DNA from: Ophelia neglecta | Lineage: Eukaryota | Length of the DNA: 64,000 nucleotides | Assembly: GCA_965285935.1 (NCBI GenBank) | Contig: OZ260661.1 | Location: forward strand, 47,740,001 to 47,804,000 | Direction of reading: 5' to 3' | Shown: piece after piece, positions 50,001 to 64,000 of the stretch | Numbering within the stretch: position 1 is the stretch's first letter | How the letters are laid out: the number at the start of each line of letters is the position of its first letter | The notes under the pieces: generated by a model | The model's database searches: none | What the model was told of the DNA's origin: nothing | What the model saw: only the letters and a program-made list of their open reading frames with translations | Made by a program: the position numbers and the translations under genes

Positions 50001-52248
50001 AAATTTACATGTACAAGGACAGGACAGGAACTTCCAAAACTTCTAACAATGTTAGAAGTGCTTGAAAGGCAATTTATCATTTGACACTGTTTCTGACTGC
50101 AATAATTATATTAGGTGTTTGCTTATGTCAACTTATTTACATTTTATGGCAATAAACAGAATTCTTTATTTTTTTCATCTCAGTTTTAATCAAATTGATA
50201 TCCACCAGTTTATGACCCACATAGGTCCGATTAAGGCTGACCAGTCTAACTACATAATACTGTCCAGTACTTTTGTTTGACTTTCAACACTTAATGGCAC
50301 TTGATGAATGGTTTTTATCTTCCTTCCACCAATCATTGACACCTTCACCATATTCTATACATCTGGAGGCTACCTCGCCTGTACAGTGCTGTTTAAACAT
50401 TGTTTTTTAACCCATTCTTTGGAGGCTCTTTCAACCCATTGCCGACTATGAGACTTCGGTCAACTGTATGAAAGTACAGTCATGTAGGAGTTTCTTCTTA
50501 CCTACCTGATATTCATCCAGTGTTCATACTGAATGATACTAGGATGAGAGGTGGTGGATTAACAATCATAGTATGTGGTCTTGCTGGTGTGCTGTAAGCT
50601 GGAAACCGTCCCGCTTTACTGTGACCAAGGAAGCGTGCAAACCCGTCTGTTGTGGCGGGAGTGTTTCGGGTACTTCACATTGTCCCATCCCACAATGCAT
50701 GGAGTATTGGCATCAGGCACGAAATAAACCTAGTTGAGGTTCACTTGTAAACAGGCTGCTAAGCCAGCTAAACGACAGATGACTCACTAAGAGTCGTGAA
50801 TGTCTTGGAAACTTTACCAGTGGCTAAAATCCACAACACAACCTCATACACTCAGAACAAGTGACAGTCATCAGATATGTTAGGCTGGCGGTTGCTGTCA
50901 GAACCAACTACTGATTTCATTGACAGGTATCTTGTGGATTAATTTGTACCAAACCATGAAGACTTTGATGTCTACCCAGCCAGAGAAGGCTGGAGTTTGC
51001 AGTTTATTTAAGGAGGTGAGATAGAGGTCCTATTTGTAGTTTGACCTATGCTGCTCTAAATTGATGATATACTGTTTCACGCTGACTAGATAAAATGACA
51101 GTCAGATCATTGTAATCAGCTTGATTAATAATGATATGAGTTGTATTTTAATTTGTAATTTTCATAGTATACTATGAAAGCTGCAGTTGACAGTCAATGG
51201 TACATTTTAATATCTAATTGTTATGGATGACAGTATGTACATTATCAATATATACATGTACATTGTGACAGTCACTTACTTTACCATATAGATTCTTCAT
51301 ATTGTAGCAAGGCCATGTAGATGTAAGGAGATAACGTGTTTAACCAGAGTAAATGTATGTAAAGGTGTATATTGACTGACAGGTCAGTGTTATTCACCGT
51401 GATGGCTTTGTTATTGAAGCCATAGTGGTGGCAACAGGTGATTATTCGCTGACTGTGTATAGTGATTTTTTTAGGGGCGCATCAGGGAGGATACCAACTT
51501 CCTTCTCATTGGATCATTCATTGATTTGTTAACTACAGGGCCTTTATGTACATGTAGTTCGAACAATATTTTTCATGTTTTAGTTCTAGCTGAAGCAGAA
51601 GTTTTGTTCACCTTGTGTTATTTGCATTGAACAATTGGCATATATTTATTGGTTTAAATTCGGTCAGAGCTGTTTCATTCAATCCTCTATTGTCTAATTC
51701 TTCCTGTTGGCTGTTGACCTAGCTAGTTAGACTGCTGGACAATTCAAGAGGTGATTGTGTCCAATGTCAATATGGCCCACTTGTTTAATGCACCATTCTG
51801 TCACCTGTCAAAAATACAAGTTTACAACTGGGAAACCCTGCCAGTTACATCCTATAAGGTGGCTGGATTTGTTTCTGAACAACATCTGAATTTGTTTTGT
51901 GCTTTGTGGGTCTTCCGCCAGCACAGACCAGGTTTCTTTATAAACTCAGTAGTATTTGTCACCATAAACCTACTGGTGTAGAACCATCTTCCCGATAAGC
52001 ACAGATCCAATCCCAACAGCATGTCTAACAAACGACATGGAGCATTTTATTATAAATTAACAAGCCTCTTTAGTAAGTATAGTCCAATCATGGCTTTTGG
52101 CATTGTGGTGTAAGCAGTAGAAAGACAAGTTTCAGGCTTTTCAGTGATCAAGTTTTGGGCCATTCCATTTCAAGTTGCGCAGAAAGGGCAGAAATTTTAA
52201 CTATGGTATAAGGCTGGGGTTGAAAAGTTCACAAGGGTGGAGTTGAGG

Positions 52249-52278
52249 TGTGTGGGTGTGTGTGTGTGTGTGTGTGTG
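52249..52278. repeat. (TG)n microsatellite
   Basis: Read directly from the sequence. Confidence 0.9.
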
Positions 52279-52493
52279 GGGGGGTTATAATTTTGTTATG
52301 GGAAGGGTAGATCAGTATAAGGGGTAAGAGGGGTAAACAGGTTTCACATTACGATGGTAACACAAAAACACAAATCAGTTCCTCTCTCTCACCATTTTTC
52401 CATGGAGTGGACTTTGAGACTGATAACTTTGTCAGATACTAGAATATATTATATTTAGTACATGTAGTCATGTATAAAAGTGCTTGTACAGTC

Positions 52494-52576
52494 TACATGT
52501 ATATCAGTGTACATGTGTGTACATGAATATCAGTGTACATGTCTATACATGAATATCAGTGTACATGAGTATGAAT
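52494..52576. repeat. About 26-bp minisatellite (ATATCAGTGTACATG core) x3
   Basis: Core starts at 52501, 52527 and 52553. Confidence 0.8.
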
Positions 52577-52828
52577 TGATTTATGGTTATATTTGATGAG
52601 TGCAATAGAAGACATACAAGTTCAAATATTATGTTAACTAAAAGAAAAGATGTAGTCAAGCCTAGTTATTTCACTAGTTTCTTCACGCCGTCCAGCTGCA
52701 AATAATCATTATTCTTTCAGAATCTGCCGAACCTCACATTAAACTAAGAAGTAGACTTTCTGCCTATTAGTGAGCCATGTTATGTAATTGAGAGGAGTTT
52801 TAACCCTTTGTTGTCATTGTTTTTCCAG

Positions 52829-52945
52829 GACAAGATGACCCATGCCAGTACTCAATGGCACTTGGTGGACAGGGCTGGCAAGAAGATCCAGCTCCCACAG
52901 ACCATGATCTTCCTGGGTCGAGAGGAGTGTGACATTAAAATACAG
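52829..52945 (+). CDS. CEP170: CEP170 exon encoding the start of the FHA domain (DK-MTHASTQWHLVDRAGKKIQLPQTMIFLGREECDIKIQ)
   Basis: Acceptor ttttccag, ATG at 52835, donor CAG|gtaaag. Matches the recalled human CEP170 N-terminus ([30 protein letters not shown]). I found no next FHA exon before 64000. Confidence 0.88.
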
Positions 52946-55900
52946 GTAAAGACGTCCCCTATTGTACCATAATTTAAATGGTAAAACACACATATAGAGG
53001 AGAATTGCTCACTAAAAAGTCTGGACACAGTGTGAATTCATTGGGCTTGTTATCATAATATCAGCCTCAATGGAATCCTTGTTGGTGAAGAAGCGTTCAT
53101 ATGAGATGTGGGCTCAAAAACTGTTTTGTATCTAAGGCTGAGACTGATGGTAGGAAATTGGTTGCACTGAATACCCTCTGATGCCTGACAACACAATGAA
53201 GTCTTCAGTCCTCCATTTAGTGTATGTTGTGATTGTAAACTTTCTTTAAAAATAATATTTTATATGCTGATGGTAGTTCATTATTGATGCTGTCAGGTTT
53301 CTAACATTTTGAGATGTTTATAATTATTATAAAAATTAACTTTCTTGTCAAAATTGCCACTTCATCATGTATGCAAAAGTTTTCAAGTCCAAAGAAGCCT
53401 GAAATGGTGAAAGGATTATGCCAAAACTGATAAATCATCAAGATAGACAAAATGTTGAAGTACATACATCTTCATTATTCGTGTAACGCTGACACCTGTG
53501 TGACAAGTCATGCCTAGTAGGAGCAGAATGGTTGAGGAACAAATAAAATCTTTTTAATGGGATCTATCTATAAAAGTTTGTAGTTTTTTGGTCTGACTTG
53601 GGTTTCTACGTATCGCTTAGACAAAACTGGTTTATGCACTCTTTAACACATAGACCATGTGATGGGAAGCAAATACTGTGTGGGCTTATTGTCTGAAAGG
53701 TTAGCAGTTTAATCACGCCATGTGTAGGTACACCCAGTAAAGAAGTGGTCTGAAATATCAACCAACCTTCTGTCTAGTTGGTAATTAGCCTGAACTTGAG
53801 ACAACTTAATCTACCTTTATCCCATACTTAAAGTGAGTCTATGAATGAAGTAGTCATATTGTATGTGAACAATGATGAATATTTAACATTCTTAATGTAT
53901 TTAAAGATACATTGTTTAGTGTGAAGTGGCCCCTTTGTTACTAGGTGTCTAGTCGTAGTAGTAAAGTACACTGTTTGTGGCTCAAGGTTTGTGTCAAGAT
54001 CATCCCAACTTGGCATTAAATACTACCCCAATAAAAGGCACATCAGCAGATAAAGATATGCAAACAATTATGTCGTACACTGTATAAGTGATGATCCAGG
54101 ATTAAAGTCAAGGATCTATTGGATTGAAAGTGCTAGCAGTCAAAGTTAAAAGTGGCAGGTTTGGCCCACAGGGCAATAGATAATCTTGATAACCTCCCAC
54201 TAAAATTCTGAATTCAAGTGTGTGTTGGTTGACTGTTGGCATGTATGGGCTAGCATAAATCAATGAGTATTTATTTATTTGTTTGAATATTGAACTTGGC
54301 ACTTACATGTACTCAGAAGAACTGAATAACAATTTGTAGGTTTTAGCAACCACAATTCATATATTTCATAACATGCAATACAATAGAAATACAATTTCAC
54401 AATGAATTATTTGTCATCGACTTGACCTTTATTTGGTTGACTTAGTTTGAGATTAAGCTCCAACTTTCCCACCATGTAGCCATTTTAAGTAACCATGCAC
54501 ACCATGACTGTCACTTGAACACCAAGGCTTTAATCTGTCTGAGACATATATTTTTTGGCATATGTACAGTACATGTACATGTACATGCATATGTACTACC
54601 AGTTAAAAACGTCTACGAATTCTCACAAGCTTTGACTGCATGGTCTTTATTGAGTTTAAATATATTTAAAAATACTGTTGACTGATCATGTGTTAATGTT
54701 AAAAACATATGTATAAATCAGAATCAAATTTTCTGTACCAACAATTTATACCTTAGTGCGTCATACAACGAGTGTGTCAGACAAATGTCACCGTCATAGC
54801 CCCTGATCTCTTTATAAACAAACAGTATTACCATAAACTAACTGAACTGCACACACTTTGAGGTTAAAATTGCCCTTTACAAGTACGTTATGAGAAAAGT
54901 CTTGTTGATGACAGGACTTGGTTTGTTAATTTATTAGTTTCTGTGCTGATAGCATGGTACAGTCTGGGTGTGTGCCGCTCTACCTGACTATTCATTAAGG
55001 TTATTGTCCTCAAGGTATCAATTATCAGCAGCTAAGTAAGCCCTGTATTTTAAGCAACTTTCTATAAGTTTCAAAAAAGGTTTTATGGTAAGGTTATCAT
55101 TCTGCACCCAAAGCATTCCCTTGTAATTATCGACAATTGTATAAAATGTAAAGCCAAGAATTTGTTGATTAATTAAAAACCAAATAAGGCAGGACATGAT
55201 ATCCATGTTGCCCAATGTGCTGCATATGTTGTAGTTAAAGTCCCCCCCCCCCCAACCCCGCCAGCATCTACAAATAACAAAACCTTCAGCTGGATGGAGG
55301 ATAATTTAGGGGTTGGGCATTAATGGGTCCCTACCCCAGAAAGGGTGCCTGGAATGAGCTGTTTACCTTGTTCAGGTCATGTTTTCAGTCAGTTTGTCTG
55401 TTGATTGAATGTACTTGATTTCTATTCTGTAAAACTATCAGAAGATGTATCACTAGTTACAGTTACCAAGCCCTAAATCTATATACAAATGTATGACTGT
55501 TTTCTTTTTAGGAAAGTGATTTTGCTGAAACTGGTTTGCGTGGGCAGGTTTTGTTTTTATGGTTTCTTTTTATTAGTTAGTCACATGACGGTATGGCGTT
55601 GGATACACTTGACTTTAATAGAAAAAAGGCAGTATCCAGACCAAACTTTTGCTTCCGATACAGTATGTGCCATCTACATGGAAATATTGATGATATAAAT
55701 ACATTTAATCTGCTTATATCATACTAGTTACAAGTCTGCTAATTTGTTCCCTCTTGGTCACAGTATAGGAGCATACACTGTACGGGCAATAAAGAAAAAA
55801 CTAGACACCATTGAAAACAATTAGGTGTGTGGGTAATTTTGAGTCACATGACTAGGTGATTGCTGGGTAATTGCTCAACATGCATTTTGGCTGACTGTAT

Positions 55901-58900
55901 GCCATTGTACATCCGCTCTTGTACTGTGTTGGTGATATACTTACTACTGAGGGCTTTAATTCAGTGTACTATTTTCAATGTACATCCTGGTGTGGACAAT
56001 ACTATTCAATGTTGTATTAGGAGTTCATAAATGCATGAGTCCCATGCGGGTGGAAAAGATAATGCTGTGGGGGGTTCCAGAAAGATGTAGGCACTGATGA
56101 GAAACTTTTTTAAAGTCCTACTATTAAAAGATAAAAACCAAGACAAGTATTCCCTGCAAGTACATGTATATAACAATATACACTGCTTCTTTTACCATAC
56201 AACAAGACCCATCTTGTGAAAAACTACCAGTCTTGGCATAAAACATGGACAAGGTGTGTCATTTGACAATAAATATCTCACAAGCACATTGTGTAGCTCC
56301 ACGATTATCTGTCAGAACATCTTAACAGCTTGGGAAATTGATATAAAATAACCATCAGGGACCAGAAATATAGGTACATAAGTCTCTATAGCAATGGTGG
56401 GAGTTGTCACCAGTCTCATTTGGCACTCTTCACCTGTAAGCTAATGGCCTGAACAAGAATAAAAGAATGTCCCATGGCCTTGACCACACATAGAGGCTCT
56501 TAGAAAGTTAAGAATGTACCTAGTTTGATGACCATCCAGATCACATTGTCCAGTCTTCGTGTACAAAAATCTGATTCTTCAAATCTTCTCTGGTGAAAAA
56601 TAAGCACATCAGATTTTTATTGGCACACCTGCACTTTTAATGCTGAGATACAAGACTTTGATTATTCTATTGCTCAATAGCAACCACTTTTATTGCCATA
56701 ACTACCACCCTGGCTTTACAATAGCTGTAATAGCTGATGATTACAATAATCATTATCTCTGATGTGGCATATTAAAGCACTATAAGTGATCATTTAGGCC
56801 TGTTTAAAGTTTTTTGTGAACTCTTCAGACATAAAGATTTACACTCTATCAGGCTGGGTTCTATCACAGTCTGAATAGGTTGGTGTAAAAAGCCATTTGA
56901 TTTGTTACTCTATGGTATGTGGGCATTAAAAATACATGCAGGTGAGGGCCAGAATGTTTCTCCAGAAACAGATGCATGTATTGTTGGTGTACCTGCACCA
57001 TCCATAAGCCATATAAGTCACAATCAGACACCAGACAGTCATCCATTTTTGACTTGGCAGTATCAATATATTTATATTTAAATTTCTTTTTCATGGAAAG
57101 GTCAATTGAACAGTAAAATACTGCAAGTGACATTTTGTCATCTTGCACAAATATTTTGTTTGACATAAATGTTAATCTTGTGTAACTAACTCAGAATAAA
57201 TGAGAGGTTAATGTAGGAATTTTGTGGCATCGGCCTCATAACCTGGGCCTAAAGTGGCTTTAATACATGGATAAATATTGTTCTGCTTTAAGTAGAGGAC
57301 AAGTGTCTGGGGGAAGATTACCTGAATAGGAAAATCTGAGCTCCCTCTCAACCTGGCCATGGATGGCCTAGAGAGCCTCCCGAGGAGAAACTGAGGTGAC
57401 AGACATGTAGGGCGTAAAACCCTGCTCTCTAATAAGTGTTGGTTTATGATTCAATGAAAAAGTTCATGTAAGTTCTCCTGTAATATGCCAATAGAAATAT
57501 GAATAATAAGTGACAGGGTAAGATCGCCATGCATTGAAACACTATTAGTTTTAAATCAGAGAGTGGCTGATTCAATTGATGATAAAGTGTGGATTTTCTT
57601 ATGATTATCTTATCCCTGAAAAATAAAATTATGACCTTAGATGGTCTTATTTTAAGTATAATGGCTGCAAAATTCCTTTACAGAATGAATGTTCTCACAT
57701 TTGGTGACAACCTAATTTAAAAATAGAACTATGGTTGTTACTGTCCTTTGGGGACATCCTCTAATTGGCCTTTTGTGAAGCATCTTTACATGTTAGGAAT
57801 ATCTGATTGTGATGTATGAATTATTTGATTGGACATCCTACAGTATGAACACTGAGTGTTAGGCCATAAGAGTACAGATGTACCATGCTTGGTGCCCATC
57901 TTGAGAGGCCCTTATATCTAGAGGTACCCCGCTAGCTCCATATCACTAAAATAGTCTTTATAATTTGACAACTTTTTCTTTTGACGACATTGTTTGGTTG
58001 TCATGCATACTATACATTGAGAAGTTGCCCTTGGTTTGCCATCCAATGAATGTTTGCTAAAGGGATCGCCTTTGATACATTAAGCTAGGTACCTACATCT
58101 GTAGCAGCCAATATACTACTTGGCGTTTGCTTGCTATACAGTGTATGTGAAATATACTATGTGTATTACGAATATACTATGTATGTAAGTTGCCACTCAT
58201 TGAATCATCAATATCCCTTCTCTGCGGTACAGTGTATGTCTGCAGGTTTGGTTTTTTTGTTGCTTTTTCATAAATGACATTATTAAGTTTACTTTGAAAA
58301 CTAGAACCAGAATATGTAGAAACAGGTTCTAGTAATACTGTACGGATAGAAAAGTTGTGTGAAAATTAAAAGAGACTATAAAAAATTAATAAAGTGTTTC
58401 TCAGACACTTTTTACTTGAAAGTGGTGAGGGGGTTGTTCTGGAGGTTCTTGTGAGCTTTATAGAAAATATGGGTTTTTTGATGGGTATATATGAGTTCTG
58501 TCGGACAAAGTCCAAGACTACAAATAGATTCAGTCTAAATTCTTGCAGTTTCAATATGCAAAATTTAGTTCTTATGACTAATTCAGTGCTGTGGTAAGAG
58601 GGTCTAATATGTGTCCTTGTTCCTTAACAAGATTGTTATAACCCTATTTTAATATTTGCATGGCATAGACTGTAGACTAGAAGGATTGTTTCCATTGGTA
58701 TCTCTGTGTCCTCCAGTGATTACAGGTCAATCACTTCTCTTTGTAGAGATGACATTGTTTGTGGATGATGATAAATACTTTGACCTGTGCCAATATATGA
58801 GTCAATGATTTTGCAAAAAAAGCATGAACATTTTGGCACAGTTATGTAATAGTTTTTATTTTGATCTCCTGTAGTAGTATCAACACAGGAATGGTAATGT

Positions 58901-60135
58901 AACATTTCATCATGCTGGCTCTTGATCAGTATTATACCATACATGAATACCACCAAGCTAAATAAGCAATAAGCTGAATAGCAAGCTGAATAATATCTAG
59001 AATGATAATAAGGAAATGTGAAACCTCTACATGACATATGATATATATGTAGTGGTAGATTTATGTATTTTGTCTTTGATTTATTACACTGTGAGTGATG
59101 GGGAGTCCACCTGGCCAGCACCCAACTCTTCGTGTTGAATGCTCATCGACGACCAAACTGTCATTGCCCTTTTCAAGTCACTGTCCAACCTGACACTTTT
59201 ATTTTGTTTGTTGTTCACCTATACATTGCAGTAACCTATCTCAAAGTGGGACAAGTTTTTCAGTCAGACGGCCACTGGGCATTTCCGGCATCGGACTTGA
59301 ACCATTGAGAAGGAACGTAATAAGGAGAGTGTAAAGAAATCAGTGACTTTTTGACACCAATTTATGGTGTTTGTTTGTTTCATCTTTAATAGCAGTCCTT
59401 TAACAAAGGTGCTGGTTTTGTTGGGAATGTCCCAGGAAGCTTTACATTGCCTCCCACCAGGCTCTCACTGACAGATAGGTAAGTGAAGACATCTACTGGT
59501 ACTTCAACTAGTGGAAGGTATACACTTGAGTTTGACATAACATGATCGCTCTGATTTAATTTACTGACATTACTTATTGATCATATGCACTGATTACTAT
59601 GTGAAACAACACTGTTTATTCATGATAAAAAGTTGATGGTAAAGGCTTGATACTGAATAAAGTGTATTGTCTCTCAAAGGGTTCATAAAGTGAACAAATA
59701 TGAAGTGGGATAGTCCCTTTGGGATAATTACACATTCATGTCATCTACCATGCTGTACATATAGTTTTTGCTAGTTAGAATTGTGTAACAAATGCCTGTT
59801 CTTACCTGGCATCTGTTGGAAGCCTAGGAACTGTGTGAATGTTCCTGTGTTGAATTCATGAACTGTTTTAAGGTATGATATGCAATGTCATACACTTGCC
59901 AAAGTACAGACTACATATACCAAAAGGTAAGATAATGTTCTGTCTTTGGTATACAAGTTATAAAGTTTTATGTTTAATAGTATAGTACATTTACAGTATA
60001 TTACTATCTTTTAAGACATGGCCAATCAATTTTATGTACAATGTTCATATACATGCAAATTCTTTAAGATTAAAACACTGCGCCACTTGGATGGATTTGA
60101 ACATCATTGGTGGTGTCTGTCAAAACTAGTCTATT

Positions 60136-60239
60136 CCCTCTCTCTCTCTCCCTCCCTCTGTCTGCCTGTTTCAGTTTTTTTTTTATCTGTCTATCCCTGT
60201 CTCTCTCTCTCTATCTCTCTGTCTCTCTCTTTCTCTCTG
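60136..60239. repeat. Degenerate (CT)n tract
   Basis: Read directly; explains the spurious S/L-rich ORF 60018-60311. Confidence 0.85.
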
Positions 60240-63200
60240 TTAGACTGCTTTAAGCATCCAAGCCAAGAAAGTGAATCATACACAATGCTATGTTTGTCAT
60301 TCCCGAGGTAATCATTGGCCCGGCCTGGTCAATGCGAAGTCAAGTTTGTTATTGTGAGGTAGTTCAAACTACAGCACTTATTTTCTGCTTGCCAACATTT
60401 TATCTCGCCCATAATGATAAAGCAACCTTAATGGTCAAGTAATATGAAGGTGAAAGGTTTGTAATTTAGCTACCCTCCATATGTATTGAAAACCTGGTTC
60501 TTGTGAACCCTAAGTGAAAGCCATTAGCTTTATCCTCAGGGAAATATTCTTGCAGTAAACTTTTGATAAATTTGTTTCAGGAGAGATGTTAATAATTTGA
60601 AATATGCTCTTATTCAGTTTGCAACTTTCAGTAAAATTTCTTTTTCCATAATACATGTAGTTGAGTTTGGAATAGCTAGCTTCTAGAGTGTCTGTCATTA
60701 ATTAAACATGGTTATCTTTAGATAGACTTGGGGTTGTGTCCTGGTAATGATGAACGCTTGCCAAGAGAACGTGTTTCTGTTGGATGATACATGTACGTAC
60801 ATTTCTACCAGGATTTCCAAGTTCAAATTTCCTCTACTGTAATATCAATGTCAATTGTCCTTCACTCAATCATATGTGTTTTTTGCGCAATTAAGAGTGA
60901 AAGTGACAAAGAATACTCATTAAGAGACAAAAAAAGTTCTTTCAACTCCAGACAATATGCTTTGTATCTACGTAGCACTTAGAGAACAAATGGCTTCAGC
61001 TACTTCAATAATATATCAGAAAGAAGTGTTTTTGTTCTATTTTGATAATTTATTTGTCGACTAGGAAATCCAAACTTATTCTTTAAAAAATTCTTTAAAT
61101 AGTGTACTTCGAGATAATTGGTAATTATTTCAAATCCCCCCCCCTCCCCTTTTACAGTAGCTATCCATCCTAATTACATTCTGTGAACACCTCAGTCACT
61201 CTGGTGATGCCTCCTGTCTGTTGTCATATATGTTCTGATAACACATCTGATCTGATAACACCAATAACACAGACAAAGCATGTTACCTATCTGATTACCC
61301 AGTTCCTGTATGATATGCTGTTAGGAGCCCTTTACACCCACAGGTACATAGTGTTGTAGTCTATACTGGTTGATAGCAAGCCTAAGTGGTGCCAGAGGAG
61401 CCCTGTTTATTTGTGTCTGTCATGCATTATAAATCTTACAGGGATGTACAAGCCCCAGGTAAACATGCCATATTCCTTTGGGAAAATAATGTAGCCTTCT
61501 TATTTGTTGTCAGAAGCTCCTGGATGCTGAGAGGGGGGGGGGGCACGGTAGGGTGTGAGGGGTTAATCTTCACATAAGGCTAGAGATTACCTCCATTACT
61601 TTGCTTCAATTGTGTGTGGTAATTTGCTCTTTATTATTAACATACATATATTAATATCAAACAGAAATTTCCAAATCCACTACAAGTCAATTCCTTATTT
61701 CTTAATCTGTGATTTGGTTCATTTCATTGATATATTGTATGCAAATCCTAGCAGTGGCTGGTTAGTTGTCGACATGGGTGCATTCTGTGATAAAGATAGC
61801 AATCCTTTTTTTTTGACAGATGAGTGAAGTGGGGAGCTTGCAGGAGAACTTGTCCCCTGCAAATGTTATCTCACCATCAACATGATCAACATGATCTGCA
61901 TGCTCACTTGGCAGCTTCCTGCTGCGTGTAATGGGGCAACTGTCAGAGGGATAACTAACTGTCTGTATCACCCTCAGGGTGAAGGGTTTTAGAAACTAGA
62001 AGGGGAGGGGTGGGGTTGATGTTCATGCCATGAGCAGGCCGTAAAAAAGAAAAATCAAAAAGTTATTAATGAGTAAAGTGTGTGTAGATACACATGTATA
62101 CTGGAATCAGTTACCATTGGAAGGCTTTATTTCTTCAAACTTTCTACTTATTTTTATAGAAATAATGTATTAACCATCCATCCATTACAAATTAGTGTCG
62201 GAAATATTACTGTTTGGTAGAAGTAGGTACCTTAAATATAAAATCTAATAATTGTGCAAAGAGTACTTGTTTTTCTGAGATAAACAGGGAATAGCTGGAT
62301 GTGTAATTTCATATCAAGTTCACCTATAGCTGGTGATAGGCTCGTTTCTTTATTATTTAGTTTGTATCCAGGAAATAGTCATCCCATTTATTAGCCTTTT
62401 TTGCAGTCTAGACAATTCATGAATCTGCCTAGAGTTTTATCTTAATGACCTGTACACATATTGAGAAAAGTCTAGCTATCTGGAAGGAAAGACACATATA
62501 AAAAAGATATTGATATGTGTTATAATCTGTTCACTGCACATGAAGGCAGCTAATTGCTATGTTTAGTAAACTCTGAATCATTGACAGGCACAAGTTTTGG
62601 TCCTACCAATCGCTCTAGCTCTGGCACAGGCGATTGAGTTTCCCCCTCCTGAGTCACTCCCAGTGATCATATACCCTGCCACTGTGCTCGGGACCTGCTG
62701 GGAAGTGGCCGTCAAACTTTCTGTCTCAAATTCTGCCAGGGGAGAAAGTTCAACTTTAAACAGTTTCGGTGTTAGCTGGAAAACATGAGCTAATGTGTTT
62801 GATTATTGAAGATGACCTTGTTGTTTCGAATGGTTGCTATACTACATGTAGCTTATTATAAAATTGGCCAATCAGTGGATATATAACAGATTCAACTGTG
62901 ACTAGGATAGTAAATTGGTACTGCATTTTCTACAAATGCTAGGAGTTGATGTTGCTCATCATAATGGTAAGGCACGAGTCTTGTATCATGTCCGTTAACC
63001 TCTTTATCTGAAATTATTTTAAATATATATTTTTTGGTTGGAATAGGAATTCTTTTGGGGTATTGAATGTACCCACTGCAAATAGTTGGGATGAGAATGG
63101 CTCTTTACAATTCTATTAATGGTTATTAAAATGTTCTTTGTTCAATTTAGAGCTTCTTAGATGCCTCAAATGAAAATGCATACATTTATGAGTACCAGGT

Positions 63201-64000
63201 TTAATAATATTCCAGCTTGATCATGGGATATAAACTTGACTTGTTTGGGAGTGTGGACTCATTGTCACCTACTGGCTCATATCTTAAGCATATATCCTTC
63301 AAAGGAGCCTTTGGTCTGGCACAATACTCTAGTAATCTGTGTAGAACATGTATATGGTTCTGTCCAGATTACCAGCCCCCTGTCATTTAATGTGTTTACA
63401 GTCCCAGCGGGCTCCCTGATTGAATCTGATGTTGTCTGGTGATTATCAGTTAATTACTCAGTGCTATATGGTTAGAGTCCCTGAGTCACTGGGTGTGAAG
63501 ACCACTAATAAAATTATTAGTATCACTGTCCCCCAAGGACATGATACAGGTACCCCCCAGGACAGGGGATGTCTGTCTCTGACTGCTAACAGGAACTGTC
63601 ATCTCAGGAAAAATGTGCCACACGCCACATCCTTAATCACAGCAGTGATACTGTACATGGGATGTGTTAGGTAGGAGCTACTACACAAACGTGGAAGATT
63701 TCAGAACACAACAATACAGGATGGCATAGGGTTTGTACAGGTTGTGTATTTTATGTTGGAATCACTTATTGTACATGGACACAGTCTGATTAAAATCTGA
63801 ACAAAAATATAGTTGAAGAGCATCTAAGCAAAATTGGAATAGTAAACGGAAGTAACATTTTCTGTTTATGGATGAGGACAAGAGTACATATACAGAGTGT
63901 ACATCATTTACATGGATATGTACAGCATTTTGATTGATTTCTAAGGTATTTACTCATGAATAGACTTTTTTTACAATGTACATTGTAAAGAATTGAGCAT

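Noticed and set aside
50480-50850. Possible SINE remnant (also about 57290-57430)
   Set aside because: GC-richer with SINE-like tails, but I could confirm no A/B boxes, TSDs or second copy in the window.
62407-62445. Acceptor followed by SR.. as the next CEP170 FHA exon
   Set aside because: It reads SRQFMNLPRVLS* with no VDKxHA motif; the next exon is probably beyond the window.
1-64000. Frequent TACATGTA words and poly-G/poly-C runs
   Set aside because: They are dispersed throughout the window and look like a genome-wide compositional feature rather than a local system.

Overview
Animal genomic DNA, probably from an invertebrate bilaterian: AT-rich, GT-AG introns and frequent TACATGTA. The ORF track is mostly noise or exon fragments. 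By hand I assembled a complete 15-exon SDCCAG8 gene on the minus strand (32719->4131, 836 aa, all splice phases consistent). It lies head-to-head with the 5' part of CEP170 on the plus strand: a putative non-coding exon 1 ending at 33097, a candidate alternative coding first exon at 44943-45332 and the first FHA-domain exon at 52829-52945. The two genes share a CpG-enriched promoter of under 400 bp, the same arrangement as human 1q43. The non-coding space holds three decayed, intron-containing gene relics that the ORF track does not reveal: an alpha/beta-hydrolase (about 1.9-3.45 kb, +), a NACHT-LRR/NLR gene antisense inside SDCCAG8 intron 4 (about 20.6-26.0 kb, +) and a BTB-BACK-Kelch gene antisense inside the CEP170 5' intron (about 39.3-43.1 kb, -). 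Upstream of the NLR relic, SDCCAG8 intron 5 carries a same-orientation array of ten exact TCATAATGAG words, coupled at fixed spacing to STAT/GAS-like and paired CCAAT motifs. Several MITE families are present, including a perfect 70-bp-arm palindrome with an 8-bp target-site duplication (TSD). All homology calls come from reading the sequence and recalling family motifs; no searches were run.
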